A stretch of DNA of 64,000 bases from Scenedesmus sp. PABB004 (GCA_014905635.1 JABVCE010000008.1:1116001-1180000); one strand, 5' to 3'. Positions 12,739 through 29,252 are shown, numbered from the stretch's first letter. The notes: generated by a model not told the origin, from the letters alone. Made by a program: numbers and translations.

Positions 12739-13899
12739 ATGCAGGCGGCGGCCCCGCCGCGGCCGCCGCTGGCAGCTGCGGGGCCGGCGGGCCAGCTGCT
12801 GGTGCGGGACCCGCCGCCGGGCGGCGCGAGCGCCGGCGCGAGCCTGCGCGGCAGCACGAGCAGCGGCGACGTGCTCTGGCGCGCCGGCGACAGCTCGGGC
12901 TCGGACGGCGACGGCGAGCCGGTGCCGGTGGAGGCCCTGGTGCAGCAGCTGGTGTGCCTGCGCCCGTGCGCGTGCGAGCGGCGCAGGCGCTGCAGCCGCG
13001 CGAGGCGTGAGCCACGTCGGTGCCGCCGCTCGCAGGTGGCGACCGCCGACGACGCCGGCGCCGCCGCGGCGCTGCTCGACCAGCTGGCGCACCCGGCGGT
13101 CCCCGCGGGCATGGTGCTGCACTGCGACGCGTGGCCGGCGGCCGCGGCGGCGCTGCCCGCCTGGCTGCGCGGGCGGGGCGGGCCCGGCGTCGCGGCCGCA
13201 GCGCAGCGGCTCCTGGTCGAGCACCTCGCGCCGGAGCTGCTCGACTGCAGCCCCGACCCGCTCGCCGGCCTGCTCGCCGCGCTGCTGGCGCCTGAGCGCG
13301 CGGGCGGCGCCGGCGCGGAGCGCGCGGCGGCGTGCGACGCGGCGCCGTGGCCGGGCGACGTCGTGCAGCTCGTCCTCGTCGGCCTCCACCGCCTCGGCCG
13401 GCAGTGGCACTTCCTGGAGCCGCGGCACGCGGAGCAGCTGTGCGCCGCGCTCGCGGACGCGCTGGCCGCGGCGCTCGCGCGCCGCGGCCCGGGCGTGGCG
13501 CTGCTGGCGGAGCAGCTGCTGCTCGCAGAGCCGCGTCTCGGCTGGTGGCACCGCCTGTCCGCCAACGCCAAGAGCGGGCCGGGCCTGCGCGCCGCGGCGG
13601 CGCAGCGCGGGCTGCTCGCGCGCCTGGCGCGCCTCGCCGCCGCGGGGCCGCCCGCCGCACCGCCCGCGCCGCGCGACTGCCTCGCCGCGCACTGCCTCGC
13701 CGCGCTCGTGGGCGCGCCGTCGGGGCGCGCCGCGCTCGCCGCCGCCGACGCCGGCCTGCCGGCCGCGGCGGCGGCGTGGCTGGCGCGCTGGTCGGCTGGC
13801 GGGGGCGGCGGCGAGGGCGGCAGCGAGAGCGCGGCGGCGGCGGCGGCGGCCGCGGCCGCGGCGCTCGGGGCGGCGGCGGCGCAGGGCTCAGCCGGCTGA
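12739..13899 (+). CDS. Helical protein resembling part of broad-minded (BROMI/TBC1D32); short
   Basis: ATG 12739, probable intron ~12952-13035. Segments LLDQLAHPAVPAGMVLHCDAW, LHRLGRQWHFLEPRHAEQL and LLAEPRLGWWHRLSANAKS recall colinear BROMI blocks (from memory). Confidence 0.45.
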   Translation: MQAAAPPRPPLAAAGPAGQLLVRDPPPGGASAGASLRGSTSSGDVLWRAGDSSGSDGDGEPVPVEALVQQLVCLRPCACERRRRCSRARREPRRCRRSQVATADDAGAAAALLDQLAHPAVPAGMVLHCDAWPAAAAALPAWLRGRGGPGVAAAAQRLLVEHLAPELLDCSPDPLAGLLAALLAPERAGGAGAERAAACDAAPWPGDVVQLVLVGLHRLGRQWHFLEPRHAEQLCAALADALAAALARRGPGVALLAEQLLLAEPRLGWWHRLSANAKSGPGLRAAAAQRGLLARLARLAAAGPPAAPPAPRDCLAAHCLAALVGAPSGRAALAAADAGLPAAAAAWLARWSAGGGGGEGGSESAAAAAAAAAAALGAAAAQGSAG

Positions 13900-17196
<3,297 letters not shown>

Positions 17197-17330
17197 CGCG
17201 CGCGCGCGGCGCCTGCTTCGGCGCGCGCTGAGCGCGGCGCCGGCGGCGGCGCGTGTACACTTAACCTCAACTCAACTGCGAGGCTGCTGCCTCCGCCCCC
17301 GCCTGCGCGGCTGCTGCCTCCCCGCCCGCG

Positions 17331-18050
17331 TCAGCCCGCGCCCGCGCCCGCCTCGCCCGCCTCGCCCGCCTCGCCAGCGGTGAACGCGCGGATGCCAGAC
17401 GCGGCGTAGGCCGACTCCCAGTCCACGCCGTCGTACGCCCGCACGTCCACGCCCGCGACGGTCCCCGGGACGAGGCAGTGCACGGTCACGGCGACGCCGT
17501 CGGGGTTGGAGCGCGGGACGTAGTGCGAGCAGATGCCGCACGTGCTGCAGAACAGGTGCCGCGCCGTCTTGGTGCCAAACTGCGCGGGCGGCGGCGGCGG
17601 GCGCTGGGCTGGGCGCGGCGGGTCGCGGCTGGCGCCCGCGGACCCGCGCGCGCTGGCCGGGGCGCCGCCGCGCCTGGTAGCACGTCTGCGCGCCCTCCCC
17701 GGACAGCAGCCTGAAGCGGCTCGCGGGCACGATGAAGTGCGTGTTGCGCTTCATCGTACAGATCGAGCAGTTGCAGTCAATCGCCACAAGACGCGCCGGC
17801 GCCTCGACCTGCGGGGCAGGTCGAGGGCAGGCAGGCGGGCCAGCCGTCCTGTGCCCCCGCTGCCGCCGCTGACGCTGCCAGCCGCCGCGGCCGCCGCTGC
17901 CGCCGCAGCCACCGCAGCCGCCGCTGCCGCCGCAGCCTCCGGTGCCGCTGCCAGCCGCTGCGGCTTGCCGCTGCGCAGCCGCCGCCGCACCTCGAAGCGC
18001 ACGGCGCCGCAGTGGCACCCCCCGCGGTGCGTCACGCAGTCCTCCGACAT
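17331..18050 (-). CDS. GFA / CENP-V family zinc protein
   Basis: HRGGCHCGAVRFE, DCNCSIC, YQ|FGTKTARHLFCSTCGI, YVPRSNPDG; TGA at 17331-17333. Confidence 0.9.
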
Positions 18051-18410
18051 CGGAAGGAGGCGCTCGGCGCGCTGTCGAGCGCCGCTGCCGCTCGCTGCTG
18101 CCGCCGCTGCTACCGCTGCGCTGTCGCCGGGGCAGGTCGGGGGCTCCGAGCAGCAGTGGCGCGTGCTCGGGGGACGGGCGCGTGAGCAGCGTGTGCGGCG
18201 TGGCTGGCGGCGGCGCAGCGGGCTGCAAGGTCTGTCAAAAGCGTTTCAGCGCTCCAGGCCCCGCTTGCGCAGCGGGCCGCACAAGTGCGCCGGGCGTCTC
18301 ACAGCCCGGGTGACGCTCCCCGCCGAATGGGTTGAGTTGCCCGACCGACAAACGAGTGTACGCGTTGAGTTGACCAGCTAAATGCACCTTGACTTTCGGC
18401 ACCAACTGTC

Positions 18411-21400
18411 TCACAGGTCCGGCTGGCACTCGGCGCAGGCGCCGACTGCCTCGGCGTGGAAGGGGCTGAACATGCTCTCCAGCACGGGTCCCTGACCCGC
18501 AGGCCAGTTGTGGGCGAGCCGCACCTCGCGCCACGCGGCGGCGAGCGCGTCGGCGGGCGCGGACGCGGTCGCCGCCCCGCGCGTCGCCGCCGACGCGCGC
18601 TCCTTGGCCGCCGCGCGCGCGCGCCGCGCCGCCGCGGCGGCGAGCGCCTGGCGCTCCGTCTCGCGCATCGCGGGCGTGGGGCGCAGGAAGCGGCGCTTGA
18701 TCTCGGCGCGCGGCCGCGCCGCGCCCCGGCCGCGCCGGCGCCGGCGCCGGGTGGCAACTCGACGGGCACCAGGTCCAGCGCAGGCTCCGCCAGCACGACC
18801 CACCCGTCGTCGCGCGGCGCCTGCTGCGCCGCCGCGCCGCGGGGCGCCTTGGCGCCGCCCGGCTGGTGGGGCTGGCCGCCCGCCTTTGCAGGCGCCGCGG
18901 CCGCCTGGGGCACCAGGCGGGCGGCCCCGTCCATCGGCACCCACACCGGCCGGACCTGGCGCAGCGCGCTGGCCACCCACGCCGTCGAGTAGCTGTGGCC
19001 GCCGCCGCCGCCGGTGGGCCCGCCCGCAATCTCGGCGGGCTGCTCCCTGCCGCCCGCGGGGCGGCGGTGCACGTGCTGGCGGCGCTGCGCGCGCACGCGC
19101 CTGGGCTGCTGCGCGCCGGCGGCGGCGCCCGCCGGCGGCGACGCGCCGCCTGCCGCCCGCGGCGCGGCGCTCGGCGCGTGGCGCGCAGCCGCGGGCGCGT
19201 GTTTGCGGCCGGCGACCGTCTTGCCACCGGCCGCCTTGCCGGCGGCGCGGTGGGGGTGCTGCTGCCCCCGCTTGCCCTGGCCGGCGTGCTGGGGGTGCTG
19301 GGGGTGCAGGAAGATGCCGGCGCCGTCTGCGGGCCGCGGCTCGCCCACGACCGCGAGCGACGCGGGGCGGCCGGCCGGCGGCGCCGGCGGCGCGGCGGAC
19401 GCGGCGGACGCGAGCGGCTCGGGCGCCGCCCCGCCCGCCGCGCCGGCCGCGGGCGGCGGCAGGATGCTGACCACGGCGGTGCGCGTCAGCCGGATGTCGC
19501 CGAGGTTGACAAACACGGGCTTGCCCGGCGCGGTGGTGTTGACCAGCGTGAGGCACGCGTCCTGCTGCACGCCCGGCGCCGACTCGAGCGCCAGCACGCC
19601 GATGCGCTGGCCGGTCATCGCGGTCTGGGGGCGGTGGCGCGGCGTGGGCGGCGGCGCCGGCGGCGCAAGCGCGACGGCACGCGGCGCGCAGCGCGCCGCC
19701 GCGGCGCGGCGCGGCGCGCACCATGGCCGGCAGCGTCGCGGCGAGCGTCGCGGGCGCGGTGCCGGCGGCGATGTCGGTGAAGTTGCCGAGCGCAAAGGTG
19801 AAGCTCGCGGCCGCCTGGCTGGCATACAGCAGGATGGCCTCGTAGCTGCCGCCCTCCACCACCTGCACGCGGCATGCGGTGCGGCGCGGCGCGGCGCGGC
19901 GCGGCGCGGCGGGGCGCTCAGGCGCCGCCGGCGCCGCCGGCGCAGCCGCACGGCAGGCGCCGTCGCGCCGCCGCGCGGGCAGGCGCAGCCGGTGCCGCCG
20001 CGCCGCGCGCGCGCCGCGCGCCGCGCCGCGCCGCGCCTCGACGTTGAAGCAGAGCCGGTCGCCCGGCTCGCTGAACCCGGTCGCGCCGTTGGGCAGCAGG
20101 CGCACGCGGCCGGGCGTGCGGTCGTGCGCGCCGTCGGGCAGGAGGTTTGTGACGTTCCAGCCCTCAAAGCCCAGGTAGAAGCGCGGCTTGCGAAAGCTGT
20201 GCGGCTCCGCGAGCAGCGAGGCCCACCACTCGCGCGCGGCGGCGGCCGCGTGCGCGGCCACGGCGGCCGCCTCGGCGCCGGTAACCTCGTTGCAGGGCAG
20301 CTCGATGTGGTTGCCGTCGGCCAGCCTGCGCAGGGCGGGGCGCAGGGCGCAAGGCGGGGGCTCGCGGCTCTCTCTCTCTCCCCCTGGCGCGCGCGCGCCG
20401 AGGCATCCCGGGCCCCGGCGCCGCGCCGCCGCTGTGCCGCCGCGCCGCGCACCGGTAGACCTTGCCGGTGCGGCCGAGCCACTTGTAGTCGCCGAAGCGC
20501 ACGCCGATGCAGCGCTCAAAGCCGGACGTCGCGTTGCCGGGGTCGAGCCGCAGGTCGCGGTAGAAGCCTGCATACAGGTCGTTGCTCAGGCTGCCAGCGG
20601 CGTAGTCGGTCAGCGTCTGCGGCACGACCGGCTGCCTGCGCGGCGGCGCGCGGCGCGGCGGCGCGCGGCGCGTGAGCGGCCGGGTGCGGCGGGCGAGCGG
20701 CCGGGCGGCGGCTGCGCCGGCGTTGCGCGCTCGCGCGCGGCCGCGCCGGCGTCTCGCACCTGTTGGCGTCGAGCAGCGGCACGGTGTCGGGGTCCCAGCA
20801 GATGGGCGAGAGCGAGATGACCATCCGCTCGCGCTGCGCCGCCGTGGCGAGTGCGGCGCCGCGGCGCCCGCTCGCGGGCAGCGCGGCGGCGCCGTCGGCG
20901 CTCGCCGGGGCGCCGTCAGCGCTCGCCGTAGTGTTGGCGTTGACGAGGAGGAGGTTTTTGAAGCTGATGCCGGTGAAGGGCAGGTGCCCGGCGGCGCCCT
21001 CCGGCACGCCCGCCAGGTCGGCGACCGTGGGCAGGACGTCCACGACGTCCAGCAGCGTGCTGTCGACCACGCCCGCCGCCACGCCGGGGCCCTGCACCGC
21101 GAGGTAGTTCCTGCGTGGCGTTGACGCAGCAGGAGGGCGGGGCAGACAGCCGCAGGCGCCGCGGTGAGACAGGCGGCGCGGCGCGCGCGGCTTGGCCGAG
21201 CAGCCGCCGCACCTGATACCTCCCTCCTCCACGGCGCGCTTGTAGCCCTGCATGCCGCTGGGCATGCGCAGCTGCGCAGCCGCACCGGCGGCGGCGGGCG
21301 GCGGCGTGAGCCGGGCGGCGGCGTGAGCCGGGCGCGCGCGCGGCCGCGCGCGGGGCGCCGCCGCGCGCCCGGCGACTCACGTCCTTGCTGGGCAGCTCGC

Positions 21401-24258
21401 CGTTGAACAGCTCGGAGCCGTTGTCGCTGCGGCGCGGCGGGCGGCTGGTTGGGGCGCCGTGCCAGGGCTAGATGACCCTTACTCACACCCACCCACCCAC
21501 CCACACCCACCTACCCACCCGCCCACACCCACACACACATCTCCTCACCTCATGATCATGACGTAGGTGTCCTCCCGCAGCGGGCTGGCGTTGATGTAGT
21601 CAAACAGGCGCCCCAGCACGTCGTCCATGTACTCCAGCATCGCCCACACCTGCGCGGCGCGTGTGGCATAGCACAGCATCGCCGTTGCAGCCGCCCGCTC
21701 GCGTGCCCCGGGCGGCGGCGGCAGGCCCCCGCGCCCCCGGCCTCGGCCGCGCACCTCGATCGTCGAGACGGGCACCTCCTCTGACAGCAGGTGCATGTAC
21801 TTCTTGAGGTACGGCTCCGGCGCGGGGCGCTGCCACTTGGGGCCCTGCCCGGGGCGCATGAAGCCCCTGCGCGGCCGCGCGCGCGCACGTGCGGCGCTCA
21901 GCGCGCGGCGGCGCGGCGGCGGCACAGTCGCATGCAGCGCGCCACGCACTGGTGAATGGCGTTGGGCGCGTAGTAGAGGAAGAACGGCTCTGTGCTGCCG
22001 CCCGCAGCTGCCGCCGCGGCGGTTGCGTTGGCGCGGGCGTCGAGCCAGGCGAGCACCCTGTCCATGAGGTCCTGCTCCATCAGGCCCTCCGTCTGGACGT
22101 AGTAGCCTGCGCGTTTGCGCGTAGACAGCGGCGGCGCAGCGGCGGCGGTTGGAGCCACCGCCCCGCGCTGGCGCGTGCAACGCGTTGACCGCGTGGGCGG
22201 CGCGCGGCGTGGCGGCGTGTCACACGCTGCGCCCGCGCACCGTTGTGGCGCATGAGGTTGTCCATGTTGATGTAGAGCTCGGGGAACCAGCTCTCCTCAA
22301 AGCCCCTGCGCGCGCGCGGGCGTTGTTGGCGTGACGGTGCCAATGTCAAAGCGCGCGTCGCAGCGGCATGCTCGGCGCGGCCGCAGGCGCGGCACCGCAG
22401 GCGCGGGGGCGCTCACATGAACCAGGGCTCGTAGCCGAGCGTGCGGCCGTTGTGCCTGCAGGCAGGGCGCGCGCGCACGCGGGTGGGCGGCAAAGCTAGC
22501 GGCGCCGGCAGCCTGGTGCGCGCGTGTGTGGCGCGTTCGGCGCACCATTTCCCAAAGTGAGCGGTCGCGTAGCCATCGGCTGCCATGATGTGCCCAGCGG
22601 TCGCCTCGCCGCGGTTGATGTAGTCCATGCCGCCGTTGACTGCGGCGGCGGCGGCCGAGGCGCGCGGTGCGCAGCACAGCGCGGTCAGCCAAGCCGCCGC
22701 GGGCAGCCAAGCCGCCGCGGGCAGCCGCGCCGACGCGGCTGGGCGGGGCGGGCATCGGCGGCGGGCGCGGGTGCGGGTGCGGCGGGTGTGGCGCGCACCG
22801 AGCATGGTCCCGGTTCGCGCGTAGTCGCGGCCGGTGAGCAGCTCGGCGCGCGTGTGGCTGCACATGGGCGCGACGTAAAAGTTGTCAAACTGGGTCGCCC
22901 CGAGCAGGAAGGCGTCGAGGTTAGGCGTCTTCACGTGCGCCGCCGCCGCGAGCGAGCCCGGCGCGCGCGGGTGGTGCAGGCCGATGTCGTCCCACCCCTG
23001 CGTGCCGTGCAGGCGGTGCGTGTTGGTGTTGCCGGGCGGCGTTGCTGGGTGGTGGCCGGCTGGCTGCTGCTGCTGTGCTGAGCCTGCCGGACCCCACCTG
23101 GTCGTCTGTGAGGATCACGATGAAGTTGGGCCGCTTGCCCGCCGGCAGCAGAGGCACGGGCACGCCCTGCGGCACCGACTGCGGCAGCGCTGCGCGGCGT
23201 GCGCAGGGGCGGGCGGGCGGCGGTGGGCGCGGGGCCGACGCCGGCGCGGCGGGGCTGCGCACGCGTGCGCGGCGGGGCTGCGCGCGCGTGCGCGGCGGCC
23301 GGCGCTCACTGGGCGGCATGCAGCCAATGGCGGGGCCGTAGTTGGCCTTGGCGTCCGCCGGCGCGGCGCTGCCATCGTCGCTGGCGGCGCCGGCGGGCTC
23401 CGACACCGCGCCCGTGCTGGGCGCGGCGGGCTCGGCGCCGGCAGCCGGCTTCGTGGCCGGCTCGGCAGCACCAGCAGCCGGCGCGACGGGCTCGGCGGCG
23501 CCGGCAGCCGGCTGCGCGGCCGGCTCGGCAGCTCCAGCAGCGGGTGCAACAGGCTCGGCCGCGCCAGCGCTGGGCTCAGCGGGCTCGGCAGCGGCGCTGC
23601 CAGCAGTCAGGGCAGGGCTGGCGCCAGCGCTGGGCTCGGCCGGCATTGCGGCGCCAGTGGCCGGCACGACAGGCTCAGCAGCGCCAGCGCTGGGCTCGAC
23701 CGGCGTTGCGGCGGCGCCGGCGGCTGGCGCAGCAGGCTCGGCGGCGGAAGCACTGGGCGTGATGGCAGCGCCAGCAGTGCTGCTGCTCCCCGTGCCGGGA
23801 ACAGCAGCGGGCGCGCCGGCCGCCGGCGCTGCAGCTGCAGGGTCCGAGACGCGCGCGGCACCAGCTGCGGGCGTGCCGCTGGCTGCGGGCGTGCCGCTGG
23901 CACCGGCCGCGCCCGTCGAGTTGGTGGCAGCTGGAGCACCTGCAGGCGGCGGCGGTGGGGGAGAGGGACGTCGCGGTGGGCGCCGCCGGCGGGCCGCCGC
24001 CGAGCAGCGCCTCGCTCCTGCGCCCAACCTCGCCGCCGCGCGGCCAGGCAGCACGGCAGCGGGTCCAGAAATCGGAATGCTCAATTTATCCCTTCCGAGA
24101 TCAACCGCTGCAGCTGGGGACCCTCCCCCGCGCGGTGCCAGGGGCTGGTCGGCCATCAGGAAGAAACTGAAACGGCCGCGCGCACCTGCGACGTCCGCCA
24201 GCGCCACGCACGCCAGCGTGGTGAGTACGGCGAGCGCCAGGCAGCGCGGGCTGGCCAT
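18411..24258 (-). CDS. Secreted arylsulfatase-family (formylglycine-type) protein with N-terminal Ala/Pro/Glu repeats and long C-terminal extension
   Basis: Signal peptide MASPRCLALAVLTTLACVALA; RPNFIVILTDDQ|GWDDIG, TPNLD, CSHTRAELLTGR, TAHFGKW|HNG, PFFLYYAPNAIH, MLEYMDDVLGRL, DNG, DVLPTVADLAG. The 3' reading frame is ambiguous near 18725. Confidence 0.88.
23400..23760 (-). repeat. Coding tandem repeat (GAAEPVAPAA / AEPAA units) in the sulfatase N-terminal linker
   Basis: Repeated gcgccagcgctgggctc and gccggcagccggc units translating to AEPSAGAAEPVAPAAGAAEPAAQPAAGAAEPVAPAAG. Confidence 0.8.
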
Positions 24259-24729
24259 GGGGGCTCGAGGGGTGGCGGACCGGCGGGCGCGGCGCGGTGG
24301 GCTGCAGCTCCCCTCAGGCGCGGACCATGCTGCTGAGAGCGCGTGGCTGCCCGATATGTGGGGTTGGAACTGCACGGCGCAGGCCCAGAGCTGAGTGGGC
24401 GGTTGCGGAACGTGGACGCGCCGGAGGCGGCGCCGCGCGCCGCTCCGGCGCCGTCACGCCAACCGCCGGCGGCTGCGCGTCACGCTGCTGAAGGGTGTGC
24501 AAGCGCCCTGCGGTTACTCTCCTTCTAGGAGAGGCGCGCTGCAAACAAAACCGGGGCCGCGGCGCCGGCAATGTGCCTCCGCCGCGTGCACGCCCCTAGT
24601 ACCCGACCGGCCCGGCCCGGCCGGCCCCGCACGCTGCTCCCACCCAGCCGTCCCAGCCGTCGCGAGCGCGCGCCGCGCGACCGCTGCCGACGCCCCCCCC
24701 CCCCCCCCCCCCGCAGTGCCCCGCGCCGC

Positions 24730-27700
24730 TCACGCGGCGACCGCCGCGCGCTCCGCCGCGGCCTTGGGCGCCGCCGCGCCGCCGGCGAGGCGCGGCGCGG
24801 CGGCGAGCACCGCGCGCGCGCACTGCCGGCCCGAGAGCGTCGCGCCCTCCATGCTGTCGATGTAGTCCTGCTTGGTGTAGGAGCCGGCGAGGAAGAAGTT
24901 GGGCACGGGCGTGGCCTGGTCGGGCCTGAACGGGTCCATGCCCGGCGCCTCGCGGTAGAGGGACTGCCCGATCTTCACAATGCTGTGCCACGTCACGCTC
25001 AGTCCGCGCGCGCTCGGGAAGAGCTGCCGCACCTGCGCGCGCACGGCGGACGCCGCGGCCGGCGGCGGGCGGGCGGGGATGGGGGTTGAGCTGCGGCCCG
25101 CGGCCGCCGCGGCGGCGGCGCCGCGCAGGGCAGGGGCGGCGCGCGCGCCTGCTTGTCCGTCTCCGCCGCGATGGCCTCGTTGGTCCAGGGCATGTAGGGC
25201 GCGGCGGGCGTGATGACGCACTGCATGAGGCTGCCCTCTCCCTGCTTGAAGTACTCCACCGGGCTCGTGAGCGCGAGGTCGGCGAAGCAGCTGAAGTAGG
25301 TGTCGGCCGAGTACAGCAGGTTGTCCAGCCCCGCAGGCGCGCGCAGGTCCTTCACGCGCGCCGCGTCGCGCAGCTCCGTCACCCAGCCGTCGTAGCTGCG
25401 CGGACGCGGCGGCGCGGCGGCGCGGCGGCGGCGGTCGGCGTCAGGCGGGCGAGCCGGCAGCGCCCCGTGGGCGGCGCGCCCGTCCGGCCGCGGCGGCGGC
25501 GGCGGCGGCAACGGCGGCGGCGGCGGCGCTCCGCGCGGCGCGGCTGCGCGGCGCCGTCAGACTTAAAAAGCTCGTTTTGTGGCCCACACCGTGGATTCGG
25601 GCACAAGGAAAGGGTGTATCATCCCCCGGCGCGCGCCCGCCGCCCACGTGGGCGCGCACGCGGCGCGCCCCGCCCGTCGCCCTCTCCCCCGCCGCGCGCC
25701 GCGGCGCGCTCACCGCAGCTGCACAGTGATGACGGGAACGCCGACGAGCTTGTAGATGTTGTCAAACAGCGGGAAGCGCCGCCACGCGGGCGGCAGCAGG
25801 CGCTGCGCGCCGGGGACGTCGAGCGCGGCGACGTACGCGTCGGCGGTGACCACCGCGTTCTTGCCCGCCGAGCCGACGAGCAGGCCCGTCACGCGCGGCG
25901 CGCCGTCGGCGCCTGCCTCGTACAGCACCTCCCTGCGCGGGCGCGCGCGCGCGCGCGCGCGGGCGGGGCAGGCGCGCGGCGCGGGCGGGGCAGTGGGGCG
26001 TCGGCCGGCCGGGCGCGGGAGAGGGCGGAGGCGGGGCCGGCCCGCGGCGCGCGCGCGCAGGGGGGAGCGTGGGGCTCACTTGCAGCCCTGGCGGACGTGG
26101 ATGCGGCCGCCCTTGGCCTGCACGTAGTCGGTGATCGGCTTGAGCAGGCGCTCGGCGGGGCTGCCGTTGAGCATGCGCAGCGCGCTCGCGTCGGTCTTGG
26201 TCGCAAAGAACTGGAAGATGGTCAGCATGCACCGCGCGCTGATGTCCTTGCAGTCGAGGAAGCCCAGCGCGTACGCTGCGAGGAGAGGGAGGCGGCGGGA
26301 GGAGAGAGGGCGCGGAGCCAGGGGCCGCGGGGCACGGGTCGGCGCGTGCGGCGCGGCGGGCGGCGCGGGCAGGCGGCGACGGCGGGCGCGCGGGCGGCGG
26401 GCGCGCGGCGCACCGATGGGGTCCCACATGCGCTTGATACTCGCGTCGTTGCCGCCGTGCGACTTGAACCAGTCCTCGAAGCTCACGTTGTCGAGCGCGC
26501 GGATGTCCTGCATGCCGCCCTCGGGGTCAAACAGCGCGCGCACGATGGGGCTCGTGCCCAGCGCGAGGCTGTTGGCGACCTTGTCCGCCGGGCCGAGCTG
26601 CGGCGTCGTGAAGAACGCCTTCAGGCCTGGAGGGGGCAGGCGGGCGGGCGACACATGCGGCGGGCGGGCGGGCGCGTGTCGGCGCCCGGCTCGCGGGCGC
26701 GCGCGCCGCCGCCCCCCCCACCACCGCCCGCCGCCGCGCGCGCCCGCCGCCGCGCGCGCCCGCCGCGCGGCGCCGCCGCACCGTGGAAGGGCGCGCCTAT
26801 CTTGGTGTCGCCGAGGAAGAAGCGGAAGTCGAGCTCGCGCACGTCGCCGTCGTTGTTGCAAAACGTGTGCGTGTGGTCCTTAAGCAGCAGGTTCTCCAGC
26901 ACCCCGCACTTGGCCATGAGGCGGAAGAGGTTGAAGTAGCAGCCGAAGAAGACGTGCAGGCCCATCTGGTGGCGGTGGTGTTGGGTTGGCGCGCGGGGTG
27001 TGTTGGTGGCGCGCGGGGTGTGCGTGTATGATATTGATGCGCGCGGCGCAGGGAGTGTGCGTGGTGCGCGGCGCGGCGCCGCTCGCGGCCAGGCCCGCCC
27101 TGAGCGGCCGCCGCCGCGGCGCGCAGCGTGCTGCTGGCGGCAGGAGGCCGTGGGGGTCCACCGCCGCACCTCAATGTGGTTGCCGTCCTTGTCCGTGAAC
27201 GACGCGACCTTGCCGCCCACCCAGGGCCGGCCCTCGTAGATGTCGACCTCGTGCCTGGCCCCGCGGCGCGCGCGCACGGCGGCAGCGCGCGTCGGCCGGC
27301 GCGGCGGCGGCGCTGCGCGGGCCCCCTGCGCGGCGGAGCCTGTGGCGGCGGCGGCAGCAGCGGCGCCGGCGGGGCGGCGCGCGCACCCCTGGTCCAGCAG
27401 CTCCACCGCCGTCGACAGGCCCGCGAGGCCGCCGCCCACGATGGCAACCTTGAGCTTGGGCGCGCCCTGCGCCGCCGGGCAGCCACGGGGCGCGGCTGAG
27501 CGAGGCGCGCTCTCGCGCGGCCGGGCCGGGCGCGCGCCGCGCGGCGCGCGGCACGGCGCTGCGCGCGCCCGCACCGGCGCCGGCGGCCGCAGCTCCTTGG
27601 GGAAGAGCGACGGCAGCGGCGCGTCCTTGAGCCCCACGTCGCCGACGTTGCGGCTGTTCACGGGCGACGCCGGCGCCGCGACGGCGGCGACTGCGCGGGC

Positions 27701-28073
27701 AGCGGCGCGGCGCGGCGCAGCGGCGCGGCGGTGGGCCCCGGGCCGGCGCGGGCGTCGCTGCGGCTGAGCGGCACACGGAGCGCGCCAATGGGGCACGGCG
27801 CGAGACGTGCCCGGGCCGCGGGGGGCCAGGGGGCGCGAGCCATCGCGCGCGACAGCGCAGTCGGCGCTGGCGCGCGCCCCGCGGGCCCGGCGGCGCGCGC
27901 GCCCCAATTGGGGCCTCCCCGCGCCGTCCCAGGTCCAACCGGGACCCACCGCGCATCGCCCGGGCGCGCTGCGCGACGGCAGGCCGTGTGGTCGCGTGCG
28001 CCCGGCCCGCCAGCGGCCGCGCGGGGCCCGCGCACGCCCGCTGGCCCGCCTGGCGCTGCGCCAGCTGCTGCAT
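24730..28073 (-). CDS. ZDS: Zeta-carotene desaturase (plastid)
   Basis: [86 protein letters not shown]. Confidence 0.97.
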
Positions 28074-28460
28074 GGTGCTCGCGACGCTCGCCGGCGCAGG
28101 AGATTGCGTGCTGCTGCTGCTGCGCGTTGAGCTGCTCGCGCGCTGCGGCTGGCGCGGCTCACAACGCGGCGACGGGCGGTCAGAGGAGAGTGCGGGCAGC
28201 GGTGAGCGGCAGCCCAGGTCGTTCGCGGCTGTTCAGGTGCCTTGCGCCCTCCCGCTGCCGCCCCCGTCGTCGCCAGAGCGTCGCCGATCCAGCCGCGCAA
28301 TAGATCGGCCTGGCGGCAGCCCGCACGCCGCCGCTCGCCGCCGCTGCCCGCCGCTGCCCGCCGCTCGCCGCTGCTGCCCGCCGCTCGCCGCTGCCGCCCG
28401 CCGCTCGCCGCCGCCGCCGCCCCCGCGCTCGCCCGCCCTACCTCCGAGCGCGGCGGCGGG

Positions 28461-29252
28461 ATGGAGAACTACGTGCAGTTCAGCGGCGGCGCGAGCCCGC
28501 TGCCGAGCCGGCGCACGAGCTTCAAGCACGAGGCCGAGAGCGGCGACGGCGAGGGCAGCAGCGCGCCGTCGACGCCCGCGCACGCGCCGCCGCCGCCGCC
28601 GCCGCCGCCGCGCGGCTGGGTGGCCGGCGCGGCGGAGCGCCTGCTCGCGGCGCTGCGGGGGCCGCCGCCGGAGCCGCGCTTCGACAGCCAGTACTTAACA
28701 CTTATTCCTCTCTCTGACGCGCGGCTGCGGCCGCGGCGCACGCGGCTGATCGTGTCGAGCCTGCTGCTGCTCGCGGTCAGCGCGGTCGTGGGCGTCTTCC
28801 TCGCCGTCCCGCGCGGCGTGAGCGTCGGCACGATCGACGTCCACTCCACGCGCATGACCTTCAACGCGACCACGCTCACCTACAGGTGCGCGCCACTCTG
28901 CCGCGCCGCCGCCGCCGCCGCCGCCGCGCACCGCTACCCCTGGCTCCCCCTCCTCTCTGCCGCCGCCGCGGCGCGCGCCCGACGTGCACTCGGCGCGCCG
29001 CTGCCGTCGCCGCGCGGCGCCGTCTCTCGTGGCAGGATCATCCTGCAGGCGGACGTGCCCGTGTTCAATCCCAACTACCTCTCGGTGAGCGTGGCGGGCA
29101 ACGTGAGCGTGAGCTTCTTCACCGCCGAGGCGGGATGGACGGACGTCGGCCCCGTCAAGCTCGCGCCGCGCAGCGAGCCCTCGGTGCGGCGCGGCCCTGC
29201 CCGTCCCCCTCCCTCCCTCCCCCTCCCCCCCCCTCTCTCTCTCTCTCTTTCT

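Noticed and set aside
23400..23760. Regularly spaced repeats as a possible CRISPR-like array
   Set aside because: In-frame coding repeats with no unique spacers and no cas genes; eukaryotic context.
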